Source: Klebsiella phage iPHaGe-KPN-11i. Taken from it: DNA of 64,000 nucleotides. The notes under the pieces were generated by a model. It made no database searches and was not told the DNA's origin. It was given only the letters and a program-made list of their open reading frames with translations. Where the stretch lies: sequence record OR637327.1; one strand, written 5' to 3'. The translations under genes were made by a program, and so were the position numbers. Below, piece after piece: positions 42,825 through 52,619 of this stretch. Each line of letters opens with the position of its first letter. Positions within the stretch are counted from its first letter, which is position 1.

Positions 42825-45029
42825 TAATTTGTTTTCGATTACTTCCAGACGTTCGCGGATTTCATTGATTGCGTTCACCAGAAGCGCGTTAATTGCAGAC
42901 GGGGAGATCGTCAACATACCAGTATCGCGGTCTTCGCGTACTGCTTCCGGTAATACCTTTTCGACATCCTGAGCAATAAGACCGGATTCACGATGATATA
43001 CGATATCGTCTGCATCCTTAGATTGTTTATCGTAGATATAACCTTTAAGCTGTTCGACTTTTCTTAATGAATCTTTCAATTCAACAAGATTAGATTTCAG
43101 TCGAATATCGGAACGGATATAAACATCGTTAAAGTTAGCGTTACCTTCGATATACAGACCACGGTTCATGTATGTATCACCAGCACGTAATACTATAGCA
43201 GTATTCAACCGATAGTTATGCATAGTTACTTCTTCATCAGCGCCACCAAATCCTATATACATGCCGTTGTTACCTGCTTTTTGAATAAGCATGTAACACG
43301 ACGAGTTTATTGCTGGCCCATTCAATACCAACGCTGGCCCATCGGTATTTTGAACATAGAAACGCTTATATGATTGCGCAGAACCACCATCATTTGCTGT
43401 CCAACGCATGATACGCTGGCTGTTAGAATAAGCATCAAGATAACCGTCACCTTCCTGTCGGAATCCGGTATCGTCATCACCCAAACAAATAGCGTTTCCG
43501 CCTAAACCGTTCCGAGTACCACAACCAAGACCACTGTTAAACCTTGCGGAACCAGGAACAACAAGACCTTGAGAGCCGACCGTTACCTGTCCGTTACTGT
43601 TGTCGACCTGGAAAGGTCGATGCCCATTCCAACCACCATACGGATCTCCCGAATTAGTCAACAGGAAATATGTGTTCGCGCCATCGTTTCGAATAAAGAA
43701 CCCATAGTTTCCAGCAACCGCGCGGAATTGACCACCGCCACCAGGAGATGCACTTTGAATCTCCGCACGGGCGCGAACATAACCATCGGTTGAAACCTGT
43801 AATTCCTCTTCTTGGTCAGCAGAACCTGTTGCCAGTCTCCACAAACCACCCTGAACAGTTTCATGCCAGATAATGTCTCCGTTACCGCCACGGAACTGAC
43901 GCAAATAGTTTTTAGCACCAGTTGTTCCGCCAGATAAGAAATATTGCGCTGGGATATTCTGAGGAACATCATTATAATATGATTGAACGTTGATGCTAAT
44001 ACCGCCTTTAGTGTTGATAAACAAACCACCAGTACCACGAATATAATGATTATATAGTCCATTGCTATCTTTATAACCAAAGTGAGTAGCACCATCACCA
44101 ACCGCGTTTCCATCACCGCTTGTATCAACACGAAGAATTGATGTGTTCGCCCCTTGTGTAGCGTAATCAGCCCCAACATTCATTCTGCCATTAAACGTCG
44201 CCTGGCCTGTAAATGTTGAAAGACCAGGAACGGTTAGATGGTTTGCGAGAAGCAAAGTTCCATCAGAAGCAAAACGACTTGCATAAGCACCACCACCAGA
44301 TCGAACATACACGTTCTTCCCTGTATCTGCATAAATCAAACCAAGTTCGTTACCCGCAGAATCCTGGAAAAACAGGTTTCGGTTTCCGTCGCCTTTTGTG
44401 ATCAGTTGGGTTCCTGTTAAGTCACCAATGACCTTTGTACTCATACCAACGTTTAACGAAGCACCGGAAAGGTTAATTGAACCATCCCAGCCATTAAGCC
44501 CAATCTGAGCGCGTAGAATGCCCGTAGCGCCTGTTGTCTTGTTTGGTGCATCATATGCTTGCAGTTCGATAGAACCCGCCCCAGTAGTTGCCTGGTGCGA
44601 TAATAGAGCAGCAAGGTTAGCACCGCCAGCAGGATCGGAAGTATTCGATTTTGTGTTGACAAACAAAGTAAACGTGCGCGTATGCTGTGACGGGAACGGA
44701 TTTGTAACCGCGTTGTTATCTGAACGAGTAGTTAACAGATAAGGAGCATTCCCCGCAGTATCAGCAACCAGGTTAATACGACGAGGAACCGTTAACTGGG
44801 TGTTGTTCTTTAATGTCAGATTACCCGTCATTTCGTCGCCAGCTTTCTTCACCTGTGCATCATTCGTTACGTTGCCTAATCCGATTTCTGCCTTTGTTGG
44901 CTTATCGTTTTCGGTGTATACTTTATAGCCTTTGTATGTGATTGTGTTTCCAGAAGGGAGCAAAGGCAAGTTAGCCTGACTCCAGATAGTATTACCGCCA
45001 ACGGTAGTACCTGCTTTTAAATCTGCCAT
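42816..45029 (-). CDS. distal long-tail-fibre protein: gp36-like N-terminus fused to a gp37-like shaft, with a C-terminal S74-type intramolecular chaperone domain (737 aa)
   Basis: N-terminus MADLKAGTTVGGNTIWSQANLPLLPSGNTITYKGYKVYTENDKPT matches T4 gp36 (MADLKVGSTTGGSVIWHQGNFPLNPAGDDVLYKSFKIYSEYNKPQ). Shaft blocks THFGYKDSNGLYNHYIRGTGG and GNYGFFIRNDGANTYFLLTNSGD resemble T4 gp37/gp34. C-terminus DVYIRSDIRLKSN...GLIAQDVEKVLPEAV...ISPSAINALLVNAINEIRERL fits the auto-cleaving chaperone domain. Confidence 0.8.
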   Translation of the reverse strand: MADLKAGTTVGGNTIWSQANLPLLPSGNTITYKGYKVYTENDKPTKAEIGLGNVTNDAQVKKAGDEMTGNLTLKNNTQLTVPRRINLVADTAGNAPYLLTTRSDNNAVTNPFPSQHTRTFTLFVNTKSNTSDPAGGANLAALLSHQATTGAGSIELQAYDAPNKTTGATGILRAQIGLNGWDGSINLSGASLNVGMSTKVIGDLTGTQLITKGDGNRNLFFQDSAGNELGLIYADTGKNVYVRSGGGAYASRFASDGTLLLANHLTVPGLSTFTGQATFNGRMNVGADYATQGANTSILRVDTSGDGNAVGDGATHFGYKDSNGLYNHYIRGTGGLFINTKGGISINVQSYYNDVPQNIPAQYFLSGGTTGAKNYLRQFRGGNGDIIWHETVQGGLWRLATGSADQEEELQVSTDGYVRARAEIQSASPGGGGQFRAVAGNYGFFIRNDGANTYFLLTNSGDPYGGWNGHRPFQVDNSNGQVTVGSQGLVVPGSARFNSGLGCGTRNGLGGNAICLGDDDTGFRQEGDGYLDAYSNSQRIMRWTANDGGSAQSYKRFYVQNTDGPALVLNGPAINSSCYMLIQKAGNNGMYIGFGGADEEVTMHNYRLNTAIVLRAGDTYMNRGLYIEGNANFNDVYIRSDIRLKSNLVELKDSLRKVEQLKGYIYDKQSKDADDIVYHRESGLIAQDVEKVLPEAVREDRDTGMLTISPSAINALLVNAINEIRERLEVIENKLGA

Positions 45030-45055
45030 TATTAGATCCTCAAATGCTTTTATGA

Positions 45056-45063
45056 TATTTATA
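45056..45063 (-). promoter_or_regulatory. T4-type late promoter TATAAATA about 26 nt upstream of the 737-aa fibre gene
   Basis: Minus-strand TATAAATA (plus-strand TATTTATA at 45056-45063), between the terminator at 45071-45088 and the ATG at 45029. Confidence 0.6.
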
Positions 45064-45070
45064 AAAAGAA

Positions 45071-45088
45071 AAAGCCCCGAAGGGCTTT
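45071..45088 (-). terminator. intrinsic terminator between the two fibre paralogues
   Basis: On the minus strand AAAGCCCTTCGGGGCTTT followed by a TTTCTTTTT run. Confidence 0.6.
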
Positions 45089-45091
45089 TAA

Positions 45092-47239
45092 TTAGCGGGA
45101 TTTAAGTTCCCTGATTTCCTCACGAAGTTCTTTAATTGCGTTGACAAGCAAGGCAATAACCGCAGTCGGAGAAACCGTTAAGATTTCATTCCTTTCGGTG
45201 TCTTCACCAGTTTTAACCGCTTCCGGTAATACTTCGCGCAGTTGTTGTGCAATCAAACCAGCTTCGCGGGACGTAGGTTCACCGCCGACATGATCCGCTT
45301 TATCATAGATCACACCATCCAACAAATCAACTTTATCCAGCGCAGTTTCGATCTTACTGAAATTACTTTTCAGTCTTTCATCAGAACGAATATAAACATC
45401 GTTGAAGTTGCCATTACCAGATGCAGTAAATTGACCGTTACCATCAAAGAGATAATATGCACCGCTTTCGAGAATCAATCGGATGCGAGCTTGTGCGCCA
45501 TCATTATTTGGAATATGCGCATCCATAGCAGCAACATGAGTTGCTCCCCATACGCTAGCTTTCCAGATGTTATATGCTGAGGTAGCACCGTTAGGCATAT
45601 CGATCTGTAAACCAGAGGAACGGTCACGCCACTGATCCCAGCCACCACCATCAGGAGTACCACGAATCAACGCAAAATCAGTACCCGTACAAGGACCACC
45701 GCTATAGATCATACCACCTCGGAAATCCCAAGTGGTCTGACGAACGTTATTTGTTCGAATGTGGTATTGTCCGTTAGCCTCAGCCCATGTAACCGCCTTT
45801 TCAACGCCATTAAGCAAACGATACCAAACGACACTGATATCGTTTGCATCAAGGAATATGTTTGATGAACCACCCTGAGCACCGCTCAGTGTTAAACCAC
45901 CAGCGCTAGTAAGGGTGAACAATTCAGCAGAGTCTGTATCACCTGTTGCTAAACGATACGTGCCGCCCTGAACAGTTTCATGCCAGATCTGGTCTCCATT
46001 ACCACCACGGAAACGACGAAGATAATTCTTCGAACCTGTTGCGGTTGTGCTTAATGCAGAGGAACAATAAACGTTCTGGTTCAAGCCGTCCTGGTTGATT
46101 GTCCCTGTTACAACACCTCCTGTATTTTTAAAGAACAAATCATCAATCCATCCAGAAAATCCTACTTTATTGATATACACGTTTCCGTCATACGCAAAAA
46201 CACCACCGCCTTGCGTTTTAAGCGGTTGAGAAATAGGTGCCAGTGTTAAAACACCACTCATGGTATCTCCAGCTTTGTTTACTGCCCCTACTTCTGCCGG
46301 AGTTGGCGGAGTAGCAGTATCATAAATCCGTCGCCAACCATTAGCGTCGCCAGCAGACCAAGACCAAGCACCAGGAGAACCAGAACCGCTTCGAATCCAT
46401 GATGAATTTGTGTCATAGTAAGTTTGAACCAGTGATACACCACTATTCAACGTGCGTCGATATGTCGAAACCTGACCAGAATATGTAGTGTTACCATAAG
46501 GTCCATCGATCACGTTACCACCAACTGACAGAACATCGTTCTTTTCGGTTACAACAGCAGCACCAAAACTGTTTCCCTGCATACTGCGAGGAATACCCGT
46601 GATATAACGGTTATCGTGGTTTGTCCAATTAGTAGGAGTTACCGTATTAGCAGTAATTGCCCCGCTTACGTTTAACGCGGTTGCACTCACCGCAGCGAAG
46701 GTCGATGATCCGGCTACACGGAAAGAACCTAGTTCAACGGATACCTGCTGATTCGCAGAGTCAACAACAATGGAAGTATTTGATGTTCCGTTTTTGTATG
46801 CGTTCAGATAGATCCTATTACCACCATCAGCACGGGCGTTAATATTCAGAGTTGCCAACGTAACACCGGAAGCATTAACCCCAGTGATTTGCATAATGCC
46901 CTGTTCGGTTGAAGGTGTTCCCGTCACATCAGAACGTTTAAACAATATACCCGGAGCAGCCCCGCCCGTGGTGATATCGACATAACTTTTTGAATACAGC
47001 GTGTTCGCTGTTAAGTTAATACCTACGGTCACGCTTTGGTTGAACGTGGTGTTCTTCGCAACAGTACCGCCGTTGATCGTCGAGAGGGCGTTTATATCCT
47101 CCGCTGTTGGACGATCGTTTTCGGTGTATACTCTCCACCCTTTATACGTCAATCTGTCGCCAGAGGGCAGCAGAGGGAGGTTTGACGCACTCCAGATACC
47201 CGCACCACCCAGCGTTGTACCTAATTTCAAATCAGCCAT
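45092..47239 (-). CDS. second distal-fibre paralogue (715 aa): same gp36-like N-terminus and C-terminal chaperone domain, divergent receptor-binding middle
   Basis: N-terminus MADLKLGTTLGGAGIWSASNLPLLPSGDRLTYKGWRVYTENDRPT. Shared block KNYLRRFRGGNGDQIWHETVQGGTYRLATG, also present in gp34 and the 737-aa fibre. C-terminus NDVYIRSDERLKSNF...GLIAQQLREVLPEAV...VSPTAVIALLVNAIKELREEIRELK. Confidence 0.8.
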   Translation of the reverse strand: MADLKLGTTLGGAGIWSASNLPLLPSGDRLTYKGWRVYTENDRPTAEDINALSTINGGTVAKNTTFNQSVTVGINLTANTLYSKSYVDITTGGAAPGILFKRSDVTGTPSTEQGIMQITGVNASGVTLATLNINARADGGNRIYLNAYKNGTSNTSIVVDSANQQVSVELGSFRVAGSSTFAAVSATALNVSGAITANTVTPTNWTNHDNRYITGIPRSMQGNSFGAAVVTEKNDVLSVGGNVIDGPYGNTTYSGQVSTYRRTLNSGVSLVQTYYDTNSSWIRSGSGSPGAWSWSAGDANGWRRIYDTATPPTPAEVGAVNKAGDTMSGVLTLAPISQPLKTQGGGVFAYDGNVYINKVGFSGWIDDLFFKNTGGVVTGTINQDGLNQNVYCSSALSTTATGSKNYLRRFRGGNGDQIWHETVQGGTYRLATGDTDSAELFTLTSAGGLTLSGAQGGSSNIFLDANDISVVWYRLLNGVEKAVTWAEANGQYHIRTNNVRQTTWDFRGGMIYSGGPCTGTDFALIRGTPDGGGWDQWRDRSSGLQIDMPNGATSAYNIWKASVWGATHVAAMDAHIPNNDGAQARIRLILESGAYYLFDGNGQFTASGNGNFNDVYIRSDERLKSNFSKIETALDKVDLLDGVIYDKADHVGGEPTSREAGLIAQQLREVLPEAVKTGEDTERNEILTVSPTAVIALLVNAIKELREEIRELKSR

Positions 47240-47262
47240 AAAAATTTCTCCTATAATGACTG

Positions 47263-47270
47263 TATTTATG
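47263..47270 (-). promoter_or_regulatory. variant late-promoter-like box CATAAATA upstream of the 715-aa fibre gene
   Basis: Minus-strand CATAAATAC about 24 nt upstream of the ATG at 47239, just downstream of the terminator hairpin. Confidence 0.3.
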
Positions 47271-47274
47271 AAAA

Positions 47275-47290
47275 AGGGGCTTTCGCCCCT
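47275..47290 (-). terminator. intrinsic terminator after gene 35
   Basis: Minus-strand AGGGGCGAAAGCCCCT followed by TTTTT. Confidence 0.55.
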
Positions 47291-48883
47291 TTATCTCACG
47301 ATTGACAGTTTAACGTCTTTAGCCGATACCGTACCGATGTTTGTGTTGTTTGGATAACGGTATAAACCGAAATCAAACGTAACAGCACCAGCAGGAATAA
47401 CCCCTTCGTTTTTATAGAATGAATATACGTTAGGAATCGTACCAACATCACGCATGTTGATCCCTGAAATATACGTATTATTCGCGTCCCAGAACTGCAT
47501 TAAGATATATGCGCCTTTATTGTTGGCGATTGCGTTTGCATCGCGTTTCATTTGGCATTGCATACGGATCGTATCACCAGCTTTTAAGCCATAACTGCTT
47601 AGTGATGCTTTTGTTACCGCCTCTTGCTGGGTAGCAGTCCATTCTTTGAACTGGTACTCCGCTGTATTTGTCGAAGTGTATTCAACCGGATCAGAAACAA
47701 TATAATCAAGTTCAGCAAAGTTATGCGAAATGATTTTCTTATCACTTGCAACACCAGTAGGCGAAACGGGTAGAGAAAGCAATTTATCAATCGGGTTCTC
47801 ATTTCCGCTTGCGTCCACTTCGGAAAGTGTCTGCATTCGAACACCGTTCACACCAAGCGCAGCACCATTCCGGTTTATTTCTTCGCGAGGTACTTTTGCG
47901 ATCTGGACGTTGCGACATTGCGCCAGCCCCACTTTAACGGTAGACGGATAATGATATACCTGCGAACCCATTTTGGTGTTTACCGGATCTGACGGAACAG
48001 TGAAATATCCTGATAATGAATGCCACTGATCGGGGGCTAATCCAGTTGTTCGAAGAATGGTTGATGTGATCCATTGTCCGGTACTGTTTTCAGTCCACAT
48101 ATACAGGTGAACTTCCCCCCCTGCATCACGAAGTTCTTGCGAACAATATAGTTCACCCGTGAATTTGAAGATATCACCCAGAAAAACATCACTACCAACA
48201 ATCCACGTCCCGTAAGAGTGGAAGCCATAAAGATCCCCGCTATTCTGGTATGTCTGGACATCATCGACCATTCTTTCTGGAATACCAGTTACCCCGATAT
48301 CACTGAATTCATCAAACACAACTTCAACAAAACTCGTCGTATTGTCTTTCAGGCTACCAGCACCACCGACAAAGTTTTCCATGCAAATCTTTTTCATCGT
48401 AGATGAATAGATAGCTGAATAGGATGAACGGTGAGAATAATTGGTTGTGGTGATCGGGATATTAAAGAACCGAGTTTCAGGCCACGCAACAGAACCTATT
48501 TTCCTCATTGTTGCTAAAAAGTCATCGTCACTTTTGATAGCATCGAAAGTATAAAAACACACAATTCTGTTCGCTGGAAGTGAATTCAGGTAGTCTTTAA
48601 TCGCATTCCCGTTCGTAGCAGGATCACCATACATATCGAATGCCTTGTAATCCAATAATGCTAAAGTTGTTCCATCAATGACAGCCAGGTTAATTCCGCG
48701 AGCAGCTTGTGTTCGTCTGTTTATAATATCAGCCCCGTTAATAGATACCTCAACCGAGTTGACCGCAGAATCGTTATTCGTTCCACGGACAACAAGGCGA
48801 TATTTCACGGCGTTTGCTTCTGAAAACACATTCGCCGTGAAACTATCAGGGCCGAATAACGCCATAAATTCGTTATTCGCCAT
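47291..48883 (-). CDS. 35: long-tail-fibre hinge protein gp35-like (530 aa)
   Basis: N-terminus MANNEFMALFGPDSFTANVFSEANAVKYRLVVRG versus T4 gp35 MEKFMAEFGQGYVQTPFLSESNSVRYKISIAG; NRIVCFYTF versus NRIVAILTS. Sits between the gp34 and gp36-like genes. Confidence 0.75.
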   Translation of the reverse strand: MANNEFMALFGPDSFTANVFSEANAVKYRLVVRGTNNDSAVNSVEVSINGADIINRRTQAARGINLAVIDGTTLALLDYKAFDMYGDPATNGNAIKDYLNSLPANRIVCFYTFDAIKSDDDFLATMRKIGSVAWPETRFFNIPITTTNYSHRSSYSAIYSSTMKKICMENFVGGAGSLKDNTTSFVEVVFDEFSDIGVTGIPERMVDDVQTYQNSGDLYGFHSYGTWIVGSDVFLGDIFKFTGELYCSQELRDAGGEVHLYMWTENSTGQWITSTILRTTGLAPDQWHSLSGYFTVPSDPVNTKMGSQVYHYPSTVKVGLAQCRNVQIAKVPREEINRNGAALGVNGVRMQTLSEVDASGNENPIDKLLSLPVSPTGVASDKKIISHNFAELDYIVSDPVEYTSTNTAEYQFKEWTATQQEAVTKASLSSYGLKAGDTIRMQCQMKRDANAIANNKGAYILMQFWDANNTYISGINMRDVGTIPNVYSFYKNEGVIPAGAVTFDFGLYRYPNNTNIGTVSAKDVKLSIVR

Positions 48884-48888
48884 TTAAA

Positions 48889-51800
48889 TTATTCCTCCCA
48901 CACAAATTCACAAGTCTTAGTTGTTGGATTTGCGAAGATTTTTACGTTTCCGATTTTGATGTAATCACGAACAACCAGAGTATCTACAGTTGAACCCGCA
49001 ACCGCAACCGCCCCAATTTCTGCCGGAGTTGGTTTACGACCTGCATGATAGATCAGGTTTCCGTTGATCATCGCTTTGTTGTAATCGGTGATATTGATAT
49101 TGAATTCAGTCAATACCTTATCGTCAATGCCAGTTAAGCGCATCTTCTGGACGTTACCAGAGAAATCACCCGCCTGAACATGTGCCGTACCGCTCACACT
49201 GGTAAAGCGTCCACCCGTGCCGTTTACGCTAACTGACAGCGCACCAGTCATAGTATCACCCGCTGTATTGACATAGGTACTGTCAAGATGCTGGGTAAAG
49301 TTTCTGGTGTTGATTACGGTTGCAGTAGTCACGCCGTTATCATTACTGATTGTTACGCCGTTCCAACCGTTAGTTGCATCGGTTCGTAATTGTACCGTAG
49401 GACTTGCATCACTTGCAATAGTCACATCACCTGTTGCGTTCGTGTTAGCCAGTGCTTTACCATTCAGGCGCAGAGTAGTACCGGAGTACGCCATTGTACC
49501 GTTAGATACATCACCAACAGTCAGAACGTCGGTCGTGTCGGTTGTGCCAGTTGCCAAGCGATACGTAGTTCCCTGAACAGTTTCATGCCATGTAGTATCC
49601 GTCACACCGCCACGGAAAGTACGAAGCAAGTTTTTAGTTCCAGCGGTTGCTGTACTCAAAACAGTATTAGCATAAACCGTGTTTGCTTTCGCAGACTGGC
49701 TAATGTTATTGTTCGTGGTTACGGTGTTGTTAACAGTTACCGCAGCGTTAGCCGTCAGAGTCCCGTTAGTGGTTACTTTACCAACGAAGTTGCTTGTACC
49801 GTTGAACGTGTTGTTGCCCGTTACGGTTTGATCTGCATCACGACGCATCCAGCTTGCAGCTACCACACCGCCCAGTTTCAGGCTATTCTGTGCTGTTGCG
49901 TTCAACGGTAAGAAGTTTTGCAGAGCAAAGTTCAGACCGCGAGGCGATACAGCGTAGAAATCTTCCAGATAGCTATCTACAGGCTGAGTAGAACCAACCA
50001 GATTATCACCGATGAACGTGTTCGATTTGGTAGTGATAAACACCGCACCACGGCGCAATGTTGTAGCACCCCATGCCGGATCAGTACCGTTCAAGAACTG
50101 CATGGTAGCCGGAGTAATTGCCAGGTTAGTAGCAGTACCCGCAGCAGCTTCGCTGTTGGTTGCACAACGAATGATACCTTCGGCGGTATCCGTCGCTTTC
50201 TTCGCTTGCAGTTTCTTAGGCGTGATGACCACGTTATCCAGAGTACCCGCATCAGTTTCGCCCTGAGTCGCTACGCGCAGAGTACCACGCTGTGTTTCAG
50301 TAGCAGACGCAATCCCCAGGTTAACCGTTGTCCAGATAGTACCGGACTGAGTTAAACCATCAGTGGTAGCAACCGCAACATGACTCGTAACGTTGAAGAA
50401 CTCTTTCAGCTTAACCGGAACAACTGCCTTATTCGTTGCCGTACCTGCTGCAACTTCCGCAGTGGTAGCGAGGGCAATAATACCATCAAGCGATTCAGTA
50501 GCCTTGCGATCGTTCAGCTTCTTAGGCGTCACCGCACGGAGATCATCGGTTCCTGTGTTCGTTTCGTCCTGAGTTGCGATCTCAATCAAACCGATACGCG
50601 ATTCAGTAGACGTTTTACGATGGAGCATTTCAGGAGTTACTACGATCGGCATTGAAGCAGATCCAGCAGCAGCACCAGTTACCACTTCGTTTTCGGTCGC
50701 CAGAACAACCAGACCTTTTGACTTTTCGGTCGCCGTCTTCTCGTTCAATGATTTCGGAGTCAGTAAGTCAACACCGTTATTGAAGTTGTAGACGTTAGTA
50801 CCAGCATCCCCACGTAAAGCCCCCTCCGCTGTCGTAGCGCCCGTTGTAACGAGTTTCCCGATACCTGCTAGGGTTTCGGTCGCGCGGCGCGTGTCGAGCT
50901 TCTTAGGCGTGATTGCGGTAGTGTCATCAGTACCAGCGTTTGTTTCTGCCTGAGTTGCAATTTCCAGAACACCACGGCGATCTTCTGTTGCTGTACGTTC
51001 GTTAAACTTTTTAGGCGTAACAATTACGTCATCCAAAAAAGTAGCCGTAGTGTTCTGGTTAACTTCCGCAGTTGTTGCCAGACGAGCGATACCACGGCGT
51101 GTTTCCGTAGCAGTTTTATTCGCCAGTGTACGCGGGGTTACTGCCAGTTCATCAGAAGGCAAATCTTCCCAGTTTTTGTTTACTTCTGCCTGTGTAGCCA
51201 GCGCGATCACACCCAGACGAGAACGGTTTGTTGGATCAACACGTTCAATGATCGGGCGATATTGTGCAACTACCCATTCTTTCGTAGCTTTCAGATACGA
51301 CAATTCTATATATGGAAGATAGTCAGTATCGGCGTTGAAAGTCAGAGTGTCAACACTGAACCAGTCATCAGGTGGATAATCCTTACGCTGTGGGAACTGC
51401 ATCATGTTTTTGTTGGTGCGGATCTTTTCACCGGAATCATCTTTAACTTTGATTGTGCAGTTCTGCGTTTTCCCCATCATATACATACTGATATACACGC
51501 GATCACCTTCGGCAACATCTTGCGGAAGAGTCAGCGTTACGTTACGCACAGTTGGAGGACTACCAGCGATCGGGGTGATAAACACGTAATCGTTCGGCAA
51601 CATGTTCAGGTCATCACTGATACGACGCAGACGAACGCGCTGATCACCATCATAAACGACCCAGCGGCTATTAGCCTGATCGAACATGAAGATACCATAA
51701 CCGGAACGCTGTGAAGTCACAGAAGTTACGTTGTTGATACCGTCATAGCTGATCGTGTGTCCGCTACCAGGATAAACTTGCAGAGTCGCAACGTTCACCG

Positions 51801-52548
51801 AAGCAAGGCGATCCAGATCGTAAGTTGTGATTGAGTCACCATCGTTTGCGTATCTAGGCAATTGCAGAGTAATCTTGCCTGTACCGCTATTACGGAATGT
51901 TACCATACCCGCTTGCAGTTGGAAAGAACCCGCACCTGTTGCGTTCACAAACTGCGAATCGCGGTTATCGCGCATTTCAGAAACACGCCATAAGTTGCCG
52001 TTAAAAATAAACGCAACAGTCATATATGGGTGAGTCAGTCGATAAGAGCTTGACTGAATATCACGCAAACGGATCTGTCTGGTGTTTGAACGAACCAAAA
52101 GGTTGTTGAGACCTGCAAGACCGCCACCGTCTTTAATGGTGATAATATCACCCTCAACAGGGGAATCTGGTAGAATATATGTCAGTTCAGAGAAACGACC
52201 ATCAGCCAGTAAGTACGTACCGGATTCAACAGGGAGACCGTCAGTGCTCGTTACGTTGTTATATACCCATTTTGGATCGTTACGGGTTGAGATCCATTTT
52301 GTTTCATCGAAAGCACCCGCTGGTGATGGAATATCTGCGCGAGCGTACCAAATACGACGCGCGTACATGATAGCCATAAACGCAGCATAGCCACGGGTAG
52401 AATCGTATTGTTGGATCGTGTTAAATTCGTTAAAAAAGTCAACGTTCACGCCGTCGCTCAACACAGAGCGGGATGCTTTACCAACGTTGATAACTTTTTC
52501 GCCAGCAGCATCAAGGCCACTTGTGGCGCGGAATGATTTAGCTACCAT
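48889..52548 (-). CDS. 34: long-tail-fibre proximal subunit gp34
   Basis: N-terminus GLDAAGEKVINVGKASRSVLSDGVNVDF...QQYDSTRGY, repeats RLGVIALATQAEVN / TETRRGIARLATTAEVNQNTT / RRGVLEIATQAETNAGTDDTTAITPKKL and C-terminus GNVKIFANPTTKTCEFVWEE are colinear with T4 gp34 (...GNVRIVPDPVNKTVKFEWVE). Confidence 0.95.
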   Translation of the reverse strand: MVAKSFRATSGLDAAGEKVINVGKASRSVLSDGVNVDFFNEFNTIQQYDSTRGYAAFMAIMYARRIWYARADIPSPAGAFDETKWISTRNDPKWVYNNVTSTDGLPVESGTYLLADGRFSELTYILPDSPVEGDIITIKDGGGLAGLNNLLVRSNTRQIRLRDIQSSSYRLTHPYMTVAFIFNGNLWRVSEMRDNRDSQFVNATGAGSFQLQAGMVTFRNSGTGKITLQLPRYANDGDSITTYDLDRLASVNVATLQVYPGSGHTISYDGINNVTSVTSQRSGYGIFMFDQANSRWVVYDGDQRVRLRRISDDLNMLPNDYVFITPIAGSPPTVRNVTLTLPQDVAEGDRVYISMYMMGKTQNCTIKVKDDSGEKIRTNKNMMQFPQRKDYPPDDWFSVDTLTFNADTDYLPYIELSYLKATKEWVVAQYRPIIERVDPTNRSRLGVIALATQAEVNKNWEDLPSDELAVTPRTLANKTATETRRGIARLATTAEVNQNTTATFLDDVIVTPKKFNERTATEDRRGVLEIATQAETNAGTDDTTAITPKKLDTRRATETLAGIGKLVTTGATTAEGALRGDAGTNVYNFNNGVDLLTPKSLNEKTATEKSKGLVVLATENEVVTGAAAGSASMPIVVTPEMLHRKTSTESRIGLIEIATQDETNTGTDDLRAVTPKKLNDRKATESLDGIIALATTAEVAAGTATNKAVVPVKLKEFFNVTSHVAVATTDGLTQSGTIWTTVNLGIASATETQRGTLRVATQGETDAGTLDNVVITPKKLQAKKATDTAEGIIRCATNSEAAAGTATNLAITPATMQFLNGTDPAWGATTLRRGAVFITTKSNTFIGDNLVGSTQPVDSYLEDFYAVSPRGLNFALQNFLPLNATAQNSLKLGGVVAASWMRRDADQTVTGNNTFNGTSNFVGKVTTNGTLTANAAVTVNNTVTTNNNISQSAKANTVYANTVLSTATAGTKNLLRTFRGGVTDTTWHETVQGTTYRLATGTTDTTDVLTVGDVSNGTMAYSGTTLRLNGKALANTNATGDVTIASDASPTVQLRTDATNGWNGVTISNDNGVTTATVINTRNFTQHLDSTYVNTAGDTMTGALSVSVNGTGGRFTSVSGTAHVQAGDFSGNVQKMRLTGIDDKVLTEFNINITDYNKAMINGNLIYHAGRKPTPAEIGAVAVAGSTVDTLVVRDYIKIGNVKIFANPTTKTCEFVWEE

Positions 52549-52579
52549 TATCGTTTTCCTTTATCTTATTCAATACTGA

Positions 52580-52587
52580 TATTTATA
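52580..52587 (-). promoter_or_regulatory. T4-type late promoter TATAAATA for gene 34
   Basis: Minus-strand TATAAATA about 32 nt upstream of the gp34 ATG, downstream of the terminator at 52591-52619. Confidence 0.6.
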
Positions 52588-52590
52588 AAC

Positions 52591-52619
52591 AAAAAGGCGA
52601 CCATCAAGTCGCCTTTTTC
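52591..52619 (-). terminator. intrinsic terminator
   Basis: Minus-strand AAAAAGGCGACTTGATGGTCGCCTTTTT. Confidence 0.6.

Noticed and set aside
48889-52548. Periodic direct repeats in gene 34 and the fibre genes, considered as a possible CRISPR or tandem-repeat locus
   Set aside because: The repeats are in frame and encode the known fibrous-protein repeat motif (RRGxxxIATQAExN...TPKKL). They are coding repeats, not a spacer/repeat array.
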